From the NCBI RefSeq assembly GCF_006345805.1, contig NC_043011.1, positions 10,664,001 through 10,728,000 of the forward strand: DNA of 64,000 nt, given 5' to 3'. The stretch is from Octopus sinensis (Eukaryota). Made by a program: the position numbers and the translations under genes. Below are positions 43,001 to 54,450 of this stretch, piece after piece; within the stretch, counting starts at the first letter, position 1, and each line of letters begins with the position of its first letter. A model generated the notes under the pieces. That model ran no database searches, was not told the DNA's origin, and worked only from the letters and a program-made list of their open reading frames with translations.

Positions 43001-44507
43001 TATATATTATATATATATATATACATGTGTATATATATATATATATATATATTGATTACATCAATATAAAGGAAGACGATGTAATAAAGGCTATAGATGA
43101 GATGAAAACAAACTCAGCTACTGGCCCCGATGGATTCCCGGCAATCCTTCTAAAAGTATGTAAGAGAGTCCTAGCAAGACCACTGCAGTCTCTCTTTCAG
43201 AGCTTCCTTGCAACTGGCAAACTTCCAAGAAAACTGAAGGAAGGTAAGATATGCCCTATTCATAAAGGAGGTAGCAGAGCGGAGGCCAAGAACTACAGAC
43301 CTATCTCTCTGACCTCACACATCAGCAAGGTCATGGAACGAATAGTCAGAAGGAAACTAATCACCTTCCTTGAAGAAAATGACTTGCTGTCTGACACCCA
43401 ACATGGTTTCCGACCAGGAAGAAGCTGCTTAACTCAGCTCCTACAACACTATGACTGGGTGCTGAAACGACTGCTCAACCACTCAAATGTGGAAGTCATA
43501 TATCTCGACTTTGCAAAGGCCTTTGATAAAGTCGATCATGGAATGATATGTCACAAACTGCGTGATCTTGGCATAGTTGGAAAATTGGGAGAATGGCTTC
43601 ATGACTTTCTGAAGAATAGAAGTCAGGTGGTAGTAGCCAATCCATTAACACGCAAATAATGAGCGGTGTTCCGCAGGGCACTGTTTTGGGACCACTACTG
43701 TTCATAATGGCCCTCTCAGACATACCCTCAGCCACGCAGAGAGCCACGATCACAAGTTATGCAGATGATACAAAAGTTTCACAGGCAATACAGAACCCTG
43801 AAGACACTAAGCACCTGCAATGTGAGCTGGACAAAATATACAAGTGGGCTGAAAAGAATAGCATGCAGTTCAATGCTGAAGAGTTTCAAGCTTTATGCTA
43901 TCAGCATGCAAAACTGAATGCAATACCCAATGAATACACTGGACCCGGAGGGATTGCAATCCCAGAGGCACAATCAGTGCGTGACCTGGGTATTCACATG
44001 AGTGATGACCCAACCTTTCGTGTACGTGTTGCTAAACTGGCAATGAAATGTAGACGGCTGGCCGGATGGATTCTCAGAACCTTTAGAACAAGAGAACAAG
44101 AAACTATGATGGTCCTCTGGAAGACACTTGTCCTAAGCCACTTTGACTATTGCTCTCAGCTATGGTCACCATCCAGTGTCAAGTTGATCACAGAACTTGA
44201 GGCGATCCAACGAAGCTACACGAAGAAGATAGCCTCTGTGCAGCATATAAGCTACTGGGAAAGACTCAAGAGATTAAAGCTCTATTCCCTGGAGCGTAGG
44301 CGAGAAAGATATGCCATAATATATATCTGGAAGATCCTGGAAGAATAAAGGCTATAGATGAGATGGAAACAAACTCAGCTACTGGCCCCGATGGATTCCC
44401 GGCAATCCTTCTAAAAGTATGTAAGAGAGTCCTAGCAAGACCATGCAGTCTCTCTTTCAGAGCTTCCTTGCAACTGGCAAACTTCCAAGAAAACTGAAGG
44501 AAGGTAA
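42711..44507 (+). mobile_element. Internal fragments of LINE family B
   Basis: EN end 42711-42965, (TA)n, RT 43051-44343, then a re-copy of 43083-43248 at 44345-44507; no 3' tail. Confidence 0.9.
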
Positions 44508-45833
44508 AATATATCAATCATCGCCGCCTCTGACCCCATATCTGCAGTGGTGAAGAAGTCAGTTGGATTGCTGATTTGGAAATGCCCAAGGGGTGGGGTG
44601 AAAACACTCTTGAATTGCTCATTTAGTATTTCACTTACCCTCATTGGATTTCCTGTGAGTGTGCCATCCCTTTCAAGGAGTGGCCCTATCCTACAGTGCA
44701 CCGTAGCTGTTTCTTTGGCATACCTGTAGAAAGCTCTGGGGTTAGATTTTATGTTGTCTATAGCCCAGGCTTCTTTGTCTGCTCTTTCCTTTTCATGGGA
44801 GAGTTGCAGACATTTTTCAATTCCCAACAGTTTCATTTCCAGGCAGGACTTTTCACTGCTTTCAATTTGTTTGTTTAGGCGATTTGAGATTTTTGTACGC
44901 CGTCTCATTAGAATTTTCCTCTCTCTGGGGATTTTGTTCTTGTGTACAGTGGCCTTTCTCTCTGGGACACATTGTAGCATATGGCTTGCGTTACAGACAT
45001 GAATTGTTGAAGTTTCATGTCGATGTCTGGCGAGGAGAGACATTCAGGCCAGTTTTGTTTGAGGATCTCTTTCTCAATTTGTTTCCAGTTTGCCTTATTG
45101 AAGCTCAAGCTGGAAAGATTCTGAGAGTTTCTTGTAGGCTGCATGTCCATGCTTTCCTTTGGCCCGTACATGGTCAGCTCTACCGTGTTGTGATCCGAGA
45201 GTAGTGTCGGTGTCACTTTCACATTATGGATGAGATCCATATTATTTGTGAAGCAGAGATCCAGTGTGTTACCTGCCCTGGTTGGTTGGAGTATTACTTG
45301 CTCCATGTACAGGGTGTTGATAAGGTTCAGGAGGGACCTCGCCTGTCCTCGTTTGCATCGTGTCATTCCTGGGAGAGAAAGGCCCTCGGGCCATCTGACA
45401 TTGGGTAGATTGAAGTCTCCCATGAGAAGTACACTTATGTGTTGTTCTAGTGTGACTAGAACTTCTATTTTTATAAGGCAGTCTTCAAACTTGCCCATAT
45501 GGCTTGGGGCATCTGGAGGGCGATATGTAGCACACACAACTACACCAAGTTGCCTTAAATGGACAATTAGTGTGTCACACACCGAGTTTGTGTATGACAA
45601 AAGGACCTGGGGTGTGAGGTCCTCACGGATGTACATAGCAACTCCTCCATGACTCCTTTCTTTTCTGTCGGTCCGTAGTACAACATACTGTGGTATGTGT
45701 AATTCAGCATCCGCTATGTCCGGTTTCAGGTGTGTTTCCGTAAGTGCTATGCATAAGGCTTGATTGCATGCAACAAAGTCTCTCAAGAAAGGGATTTTTG
45801 TCCTGTTACTGTGTGTTAGTAGTCCTCTGATGT

Positions 45834-46727
45834 TCAGTAGGAGCATCGAGGTGAGGTGTATGCTGTTGCCGGTGGTGTCCACCTTGGGTCTATTTGCTGT
45901 GGTGGTCTTGTGAACTGTGGATAGTCCCATTTGCGAGCTTGAGTTTGATGGAGCCAGGTTAGCTGCTGTACAATCTTTTGTGTCATGCACAAAAAAGATT
46001 CTTGTTCAGCAGCTGCCCTTTCAACAACACTTTAGCGGTTTGTGGCACGCACCACATCTGCGTACCTCCGTTTTGGGGCAGGTGGTGCGTGGTCCATCCC
46101 TTTTCCTTTCGGTAGTTGGTTTCTGACCTGTTTCGTGTCTCTGCGGCAGGGTCCCGGATGTGCAAAACGGCAGCCTGCACCTTCCTCTCCATGCCAGCAG
46201 GCACCTCTCAGGTAGAACCTACACACCCGTGTGCGCTGTTTGTTTCCATCCTTTTTGGTATATGGATAGTCAGGTTTGCTTCTATCCTTGGCTGTTTCGT
46301 TTTTTGGTTTTGCCTGAGTTTTAGTTTTAGTTTTTCCTCCTTTTTTGGTTCTTTCATCTCCATGGCTTTTGGTACTGGTAGGAGCACTTGCACTTGGGTT
46401 TACTTCCCGGGCAGGTTTCTCACTGGAGTTTTCTTCCTGGGTGTCTACCAGGTGGGGGTGACTTTTTTCATCAGCACCCGCGTCTCCATCCTTGCCATCT
46501 TTACTTTGTTCGCTGTCAAAGATGGCATCCAGCGTGTTAATGTGCGATCTTATAAGTGCATAGGAGCGTATAAACTCCTGCTTCTTCCGCTCTATTTGAG
46601 CTAACGTCCTCTTGTATCCACTGGTCTTCAGCGCAGCCGTAATTATATTATTCGGATTATCTCCGTTGGCGCATCGCCATCCTCTCAGGAACAACGCCAA
46701 TTCGTCACTTTTCCAGGTTCTGGACAT
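45834..46727 (-). CDS. LINE ORF1 with Myb/SANT-trihelix-like N-terminus and CCCH zinc finger; one internal stop at 46032-46034
   Basis: TWKSDELALFLRGW..ITAALKTSGYKRTLAQIERKKQEFIRSY; CRFYLRGACWHGEEGAGCRFAH; same frame resumes after TAA with FLCMTQKIVQQLTWL, conserved in family A (24-389). Confidence 0.8.
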
Positions 46728-46737
46728 CCTTGATATT

Positions 46738-46772
<35 letters not shown>

Positions 46773-46819
46773 ATTATATTAATTTATATTAATTTAATAG
46801 TGCAATAAGGGGTAGGGAA

Positions 46820-47305
46820 GAAATAGAGAAAGAGAGCGTCTATGTACTTAAAGAGAGATTGAGAGCCGAAAGAAGAGAGTAAGAAAGAAGAGGAAGAAGA
46901 GAGATTGAGAGCTGAAAGAAGAGAAAGAAAGCGTCTATGTACTTAAAGAGAGATTGAGAGCTGAAAGAAGAGAAAGAGAGCGTCTATGTACTTAAAGAGA
47001 GATTGAGAGCTGAAAGAGGAGAGTAAGAAAGAAGAGAAAGAAGAGAGATTGAGAGCTGAAAGAAGAGAGAAGAGAGATTGAGAGCTGAAAGAAGAGAAAT
47101 AAAGCGTCTATGTACTTAAAGAGAGATTGAGGGCTGAAAGAAGAGAAGGAAAGCGTCTATGTACTTAAAGAGAGATTGAGAGCTGAAAGAAAAGAAAGAA
47201 GAGAGATTGAGAGCTGAAAGAGGAGAAAGAAAGCGTCTATGTGCTTAAAGAGAGATTGAAATTGAGAGCTGAAAGAAGAGAGATTGAGAGCTGAAAGAAG
47301 AGAGT
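46820..47305. repeat. Purine-rich minisatellite (~49-bp unit with ~22-bp subunit)
   Basis: AGAGAGATTGAGAGCTGAAAGAAGAG..AGCGTCTATGTACTTAA repeated. Confidence 0.92.
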
Positions 47306-48204
47306 AATGAAGGGACAAGGAAAGTCGTGAAGAGACAGAGAGAGAAAGAAGAAATAGAAAAAGAATATATATATCTGTCCGCAGACAATTTCTAAACGAA
47401 ACTAATTGCACACACACTTATACATATGTATACATATATATATACATACATACACATATATACACACGTGTGCACATACACATATATAAACAAAATAACA
47501 AATAAGTATATAAAGAAAAATAAAAGAGCTAAAAAACAGAAGCCGAGAGATTATTACAGAATGTAAACAGAGAATAAATAGAAAAAGAAAATATATATCT
47601 GTCCGTCGCTACAGACAATTTCTTCTAAACTAAACTAATTGCGACTATACTTCTAACACACACACATACATATATATACACATATATATATACATATATA
47701 TACAAATATATACACACATGTGCGCATACACATATATAAACAGAGTAACAAATATATATATAAAAAATAGATGTAACGGAATTAACGATAGATTATTACA
47801 GAATGTAAACAGAGACCTTACAATGAATTACGGGAAAATAAATGAATGGAAAGGGGTACTTGTCTTATAAGAGGTATACGAAGAGGTTTTTTTTTAAAAA
47901 AAGAAAAGAAAAACGGTTCTTTTTGCTGTTAGAGTCGACTGGAAATAAATTTAGAAGATTTCACCACGTGCTTACTTCGACAGGGAAATCTGGCGTGCGT
48001 TGGTAACTTTAGTGTACTATACTTGGCTTGTAGCAAAATATATTGCGATTTTTAACCAAAATATCCGAGCACACGTCTATAAGGTAACAATTTCTACGTT
48101 TTTTATGAGTTTTCGCCTATTATTTCGTCGATTTATGCAAACCTCCTGTTTTTTTTATCACAGAGCAAAGCAACACGTGTCTACGAAGCCGGAAGTCATA
48201 TCTA

Positions 48205-49510
48205 CAGCTCCTACAACACTATGACTGGGTGCTGAAACGACTGCTCAACCACTCAAATGTGGAAGTCATATATCTCGACTGTGCAAAGGCCTTTGATAAA
48301 GTCGATCATGGAATGATATGTCACAAACTGCGTGATCTTGGCATAGTTGGAAAATTGGGAGAATGGCTTCATGACTTTCTGAAGAATAGAAGTCAGGTGG
48401 TAGTAGCCAATGGGGCCACTTCCATTAACACGCAAATAGTGAGCGGTGTTCCGCAGGGCACTGTTTTGGGACCACTACTGTTCATAATGGCCCTCTCAGA
48501 CATGCCCTCAGCCACGCAGAGAGCCACGATCACAAGTTATGCAGATGATACAAAAGTTTCACAGGCAATACAGAACCCTGAAGACACTAAGCACCTGCAA
48601 TGTGAGCTGGACAAAATATACAAGTGGGCTGAAAAGAATAGCATGCAGTTCAATGCTGAAGAGTTTCAAGCTTTATGCTATCAGCATGCAAAACTGAATG
48701 CAATACCCAATGAATACACTGGACCCGGAGGGATTGCAATCCCAGAGGCACAATCAGTGCGTGACCTGGGTATTCACATGAGTGATGACGCGACTTTTCA
48801 TGTACATGTTGCTAAACTGGCAATGAAATGTAGACGGCTGGCCGGATGGATTCTTAGAACCTTTAGAACAAGAGAACAAGAAATCATGATGGTCCTCTGG
48901 AAGACACTTGCCCTAAGCCACTTTGACTATTGCTCTCAGCTATGGTCACCATCCAGTGTCAAGTTAATCACAGAACTTGAGGCGATCCAATGAAGCTACA
49001 CGAAGAAGATATCCTCTGTGCAGCATATAAGCTACTGGGAAAGACTCAAGAGATTAAAACTCTATTCCCTGGAGCGTAGGCGAGAAAGATATGCCATAAT
49101 ATATATCTGGAAGATCCTGGAAGGGCTTGTTCCAAACTTTGGTATCGAGAGTCACACAAATGCCAGAACCGGGCGCCACTGCGTGGTACCAAGGACTCCA
49201 AATTTGCCATCAAGATGTAGGAGAAGATACTGTGATAGCCTGGGCTTCAGAGGCCCACAGCTCTTCAATATCCTCCCGAAGAACCTGAGGTACCTGCATG
49301 GTGTAGATGCGGATGTCTTCCTGTCAGGTGTCCCAGATGAACCAACTTCATGGCAGGAGGTGCAGATGAGGGCAGCTGCATCGAACTCTCTCATGCACCA
49401 AATGGCAGTTGCTAAAAAGCATTCGTGAGGTAAAATCATGTAGCAAACCAAATGGCGGTGCCCCAGCATGGCCACAGCTCATGAGCTGAAACTAGAATCA
49501 ATCAATCAAT
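48205..49510 (+). mobile_element. LINE family B 3' half with (AATC)n tail
   Basis: RT motifs AKAFDKVDH, GVPQG, YADDTK; near-identical to 43435-44343; 3' hairpins at 49453-49492. Confidence 0.93.
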
Positions 49511-49523
49511 CATATATATATAC

Positions 49524-49579
<56 letters not shown>

Positions 49580-49588
49580 TATATACAC

Positions 49589-49637
<49 letters not shown>

Positions 49638-49642
<5 letters not shown>

Positions 49643-50192
49643 AATTGAGGATAAAATTCTTTTCGAAAAAAAAATATTTTCTCGAAAAAAATTTTATCAA
49701 TGGCCAGCATATTAAAAAATACCTTAAACGGTTAAATTTATAAACAATTCATAAATGAGGGCAAAGGAAAAAATTCTAATGCCAAATATGCCGAAAAATT
49801 GGACATATTGTCCATTAACCATATAATTTTTTCACAATACGCACGCTACTCGAAAAAAGGCTGACAGAAATCTCTAAAAAATTCCATTATTACCATATCG
49901 GACCGATTTCAGAGTTAGCTACTAAGAGCCCTCTCTTCGTCAGTGATACAGGTGGCAAAAGAAATAAATGAGATACTTACTCATACCCATGGAAGAAGCA
50001 AACACTAAGTCACGGGCACAACTAAGTACCCCAAATACATCCAAAATTGAAATACTCCAGCCCATTCGAGGCACGTGCAATTTGAACTGAGGCTCTCACA
50101 GGGTGAGTTAGTTAGTTCGGAAGTGAACGCTTAAATTTATATCAAATGTGAGGATAAAATTCTTTTCGAAAAAAAAATATTTTCTCGAAAAA
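49638..50192 (-). mobile_element. ~500-bp unit with ~50-bp terminal direct repeat and a hammerhead (pLTR/retrozyme-like 1.1-mer)
   Basis: TGAGGATAAAATTCTTTTCGAAAAAAAAATATTTTCTCGAAAA at both ends; (TA)n flanks. Confidence 0.75.
49893..49953 (-). ncRNA. Type I hammerhead motif
   Basis: TATCA-CTGACGA-AGAG..CTCT-GAAA-TCGG-TC-CGATA (one stem I mismatch). Confidence 0.65.
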
Positions 50193-50247
50193 TATATACA
50201 TATATATATATACATATATAATATATATTATATATATATTATATATA

Positions 50248-50278
<31 letters not shown>

Positions 50279-50331
50279 CATATACATACATATATATACA
50301 TACATACATATATATACATACATACATATAT

Positions 50332-50426
<95 letters not shown>

Positions 50427-51005
50427 CATACATATATATATTATATATATAATACATACATATTATATATATATATATATATTGTATATATATACATACA
50501 TATACATATATATATATATATATACATACATATACATATATACATATACAATATATATACATATACATATATACATATATATATATACATGCATATACAT
50601 ATATATATATATACATGTATATACATATATATATATATATATGTATATACATGTATATATGTATATATTATATTGTATATATATATATACATGTATATAT
50701 ATATGTATATATAATATGTATATATATATACATGTATATATATGTATATATATATATGTATATATATATATACATGTATATATATATGTTATATACTATA
50801 ATACATGTATATATATATGTATGTATATATATATGTATATATATATATGTATATATATATATACATGTATATATATATATGTATATATATATATACATGT
50901 ATATACATATATATATATTACATATATATATGTACATATATATATATACATAATATATAATATGTATATATATATATACATATAGATATATAGACATACA
51001 TATAG

Positions 51006-51054
<49 letters not shown>

Positions 51055-51064
51055 TATATACATG

Positions 51065-51096
<32 letters not shown>

Positions 51097-51472
51097 CATA
51101 TATACATGTATATACATATATATATATATATAATATATATATGTATGTATTGCATCTATATAAAGGATTAATTCACCCTCTCTGTAATGCTAATAAGCAG
51201 GAATTGAGCCCACCTCGTTGTGATTAACAATGGATAAATTCGTCTTCTGTGAGTACGTAATCCCTCATCATATCTCTGGAAATTCATATGTGCACTATGG
51301 ATTAGGTCACCTTCTCTGTGATGCTATTAAAACTTTTTTAAAATTCTGTGATAAGACTGTACATCATCTTTAAAGAACTTTATGAACTTTGGAATCTGTT
51401 TATGTTACTAATTATCTACATTACTTCATGAGTATAGCCTCAACCATAGGATGTCTAGAGAACTCACATGTA

Positions 51473-51560
51473 TTTTAGCTGATGAGTACGGGACACGGTT
51501 ATATGCTGTATTTTCCAATTTTTATAAAGCCTGTCCTTGTATGACACGATTGTACTAAAA
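51473..51560 (+). ncRNA. Degenerate hammerhead motif
   Basis: TTTTAG-CTGATGA-GTACGGGACA..TGTCCTTGTAT-GACA(for GAAA)-CGATTGTA-CTAAAA inside unique island 51150-51705. Confidence 0.55.
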
Positions 51561-51742
51561 CCTATCCATTCTTGTTGCTTCTTCTCGCTTATATCACCAC
51601 CCACATTACTGTATTGTTAAAACAGTATAGTTTTTTTTGGTGCATCTAAGTTAGGTACCATATTCAAGTAAATTCATTTAAATAACTTGAATCTTTATTG
51701 CTTATATATAATATATATATAAACATATATATATATACATAT

Positions 51743-51930
51743 ATACTAAGTAATTAAGGGTTTAGCAACGATTTGCCTCACCACACACCGAATTTCTAAA
51801 TTTGGTGTGTGGTGAGGCAAATCGTTGCTAAACCCTTAATTACTTAGTATTACTTAAACCTTCCTTGAATGGGGCTTTACATGCCGAAATCTACTTAATT
51901 AATTTCACCCTATATTATTATTGATAATTA
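51743..51930. mobile_element. Fold-back element, 53-bp arms
   Basis: 51743-51795 / 51798-51850; the remainder resembles the reverse complement of 16395-16500. Confidence 0.8.
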
Positions 51931-51943
51931 TATACATATATAT

Positions 51944-52190
51944 ATATCATCATCTTCAATGTTGATGTACTCAATTTTTGCCTCTTCGGCCGCAGGTAAA
52001 GTGGCAAAGAATTCTTCTGGGTTGTTTACTTGCCTGTGTTCTAGAGGTGTAGCGAACACAATTTGGAACTGTTCGTTCAGTATTTGACTTATCCTCGTGG
52101 GATTTCCTGTGAGAGAGCCATCTTTTTGGAAGAGAGGTCCTATTCTCTGGTGCACTGTGGCTGTCTCTTTGGCAAACTTAAAGAAAGCTT
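51944..52190 (-). mobile_element. Internal fragment of LINE family A flanked by (TA)n
   Basis: Reverse complement matches ~1496-1742. Confidence 0.92.
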
Positions 52191-52205
52191 ATATATGTAT
52201 ATATG

Positions 52206-52240
<35 letters not shown>

Positions 52241-52268
52241 GTATATATATATGTATATATACAGTAGA

Positions 52269-52502
52269 GGCGCAATGGCCTAGTGGTTAGGGCAGCAGAC
52301 TCGCGGTCGCAGGATCGCGGTTTCGATTCTCAGACCGGGCGTTGTGTGTGTTTATTGAGCGAAAACACCTAAAAGCTCTACGAGGCTCCGGCAGGGGGTG
52401 GTGATCCCTGCTGTACTCTTTCACACACACATGGCGGTGCCCCAGCATGGCCACAGCTCAAGAGCTGAAACTGGAAACAAAAAACAAAAACAAAAACAAA
52501 AA
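52269..52502 (+). mobile_element. tRNA-derived SINE with family-B LINE tail
   Basis: A box TGGCCTAGTGG, B box GTTTCGATTC; tail ATGGCGGTGCCCCAGCATGGCCACAGCTCAAGAGCTGAAACT matches 49451-49493. Confidence 0.88.
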
Positions 52503-52567
52503 TATGTGTATATATGTATATATATATATGTATATATATAAACACATTTATACATATATACATATAC

Positions 52568-52609
<42 letters not shown>

Positions 52610-52627
52610 ATATATATATATATATAC

Positions 52628-52792
52628 ACGACGGGCTTCTTTCAGTTTCTGTCTACCATATCCAATCACAAGGCTTTGGTCGGCCCGAGGCTATAGTGGA
52701 AGTCACTTGCCCAATGTGCCATGCAGTAGGATTGAACCTGGAACCATGTGGTTCGTAAGCAAGCCACTTACCACACAACCACTCCTACGCCT
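52628..52792 (-). mobile_element. tRNA-derived SINE head
   Basis: Reverse complement similar to 21540-21705. Confidence 0.85.
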
Positions 52793-53564
52793 ATCTCTTG
52801 ATTTTTTTTGTTCAAATTTCAGCTATTTTCAGAAAACTAAATATTCTAACTACATCACGTATTACATTCAAATAGATCATTTTTGTATAATGTATACATT
52901 CCTTAAATTGTAAAAGAACACAGAAATTTTGAACACGATAGTGAATTATTATGTATTATATTTTCAAAAGATTCTAAAGTGCATTGACAGCAGGAATAAA
53001 ATGTAAGACATTCATTTAATCAGAAGTGCTATTCCCCGAAAGGTGTTTTTAAATAGCGATCAAATTGTAGTTTATATTTTCTCATATCCTACGGAGAAAA
53101 TTGCTTCTTTACTGTAAGACTAGAGTTGGATCATTGTGTTTTTTGTTTAAACCAAACTCCCACCAGATTTAGAATTACTCGGCTTAATAACATAACCCTC
53201 TGTGGGACCCTCATGCACTCTTTATTCATCAAGAAATTAAAACAACTTGAAACTCCGAAGGTACGCAAAATGGAAAATAGAGCACTTTTTTCTGTTTTGC
53301 TTAACAAAGATATTAGCTTGGAAATGTATCCCATTGTTAAAACTGCTTCAAATTTTACATCATATTTTTTTAAATCCGTTTTCCTACGAGAACTAAGAGT
53401 TATTTTTCTCCTTTCTACTTTCACAGATTTTAAATAGTGAAAGGGAAAATTCCACTGAGTTTTGAAAGGAACAAAGAATGCTTTCATATTCAAAGAGAAA
53501 AATATTCTCTTTAGCCTCCCAGGCCTAACTGCACTTAATGTAAGAATGAGGAAATTAGCAAACA

Positions 53565-54402
53565 TTATTTCTTGAAGAATTCGAAGTATACTTTGACATA
53601 AACAAGGATCTCTACTTCTGCAAAGATATAAATGGCTTGTTTACAGCAATTGGAATTGATCACAACCTTGAAGAATAGTGACTCTTCATAGATAACTCAA
53701 CAAAAAGCCTCAAAGCTGCTTTATTACGTAATGGAAATCAGCATCCATCCTTGTCCATCAGTACAGAGAAAGGAAGAATATGACAATGTAAAAGTGATTG
53801 TTGAGAAAGTAAACTAGGATAAGTTTAAATGAGATGTTTGTGGTGACTTCTTGCCTTCTTACTTGGATTACCGGGTGAGTACACTAAGCATTTGTGTTTT
53901 CTTTTCCTATGAGACAGTAAGGCTGATCATGAACGTTACCAGAAGATTGAGTAGCCCCCACAAGATGACCTCCAGCTAGGAAAGCTAAATGTTATAAGAC
54001 GACCTCTTGTAGAGCCTGCAAAAGTGTTGCTACCTCATCTTCCCATAAAGCTGAGTTTGGTCAAACAGTTTGTAAAGACTTTAGATTGTGGTGGAAAAGC
54101 ATTTCAATTGATTTGTCTACTCTTTCCAAAGCTGAGGCACATCAAGTAAGGAAAATCTGAGATCAGTAAAACTTGAAAATGTGATGAGTGATCTAGAAAG
54201 AGAGGCATGGTGTGCATTTCGAGATATTGTCAATGGATTCCTTGGTGATAACAAAGACCCAAACTACAAGCAGCTCGTAGCGAAGCTTATTGAGATTTAT
54301 AAGAATTTAGGCTGTAGAATGTCATTAAAGGTACACTTGTTGCATTCACATTTAGACTTTTTGCATGAAAATTTAGGTCATGGTGAGAGATTCAATCAGG
54401 AT

Positions 54403-54404
<2 letters not shown>
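53565..54404 (+). pseudogene. Chapaev3-like DNA transposase remnant
   Basis: LFIDNSTKSLKA, VCGDF, LLPHLPIKLSLVKQFVK, MSLKVHLLHSHLDF..HGERFNQD. Confidence 0.75.

Positions 54405-54450
<46 letters not shown>

Larger units (their letters stand above)
44510..48198 (-). mobile_element. LINE family B 5' half (putative 5'UTR, ORF1, APE endonuclease, linker), inverted
   Basis: ORF 45990-44908 with LNIRGL, TETHL, GDFN, DLCFTN, SDHN; ORF1 upstream; 5'UTR extent beyond 46735 is inferred. Confidence 0.85.

Noticed and set aside
52269-52340. tRNA gene
   Set aside because: Acceptor and T stems imperfect and sequence continues into a SINE body with LINE tail
53126-53565. Overlapping 103- and 144-aa ORFs
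   Set aside because: No recognisable domain or splice structure
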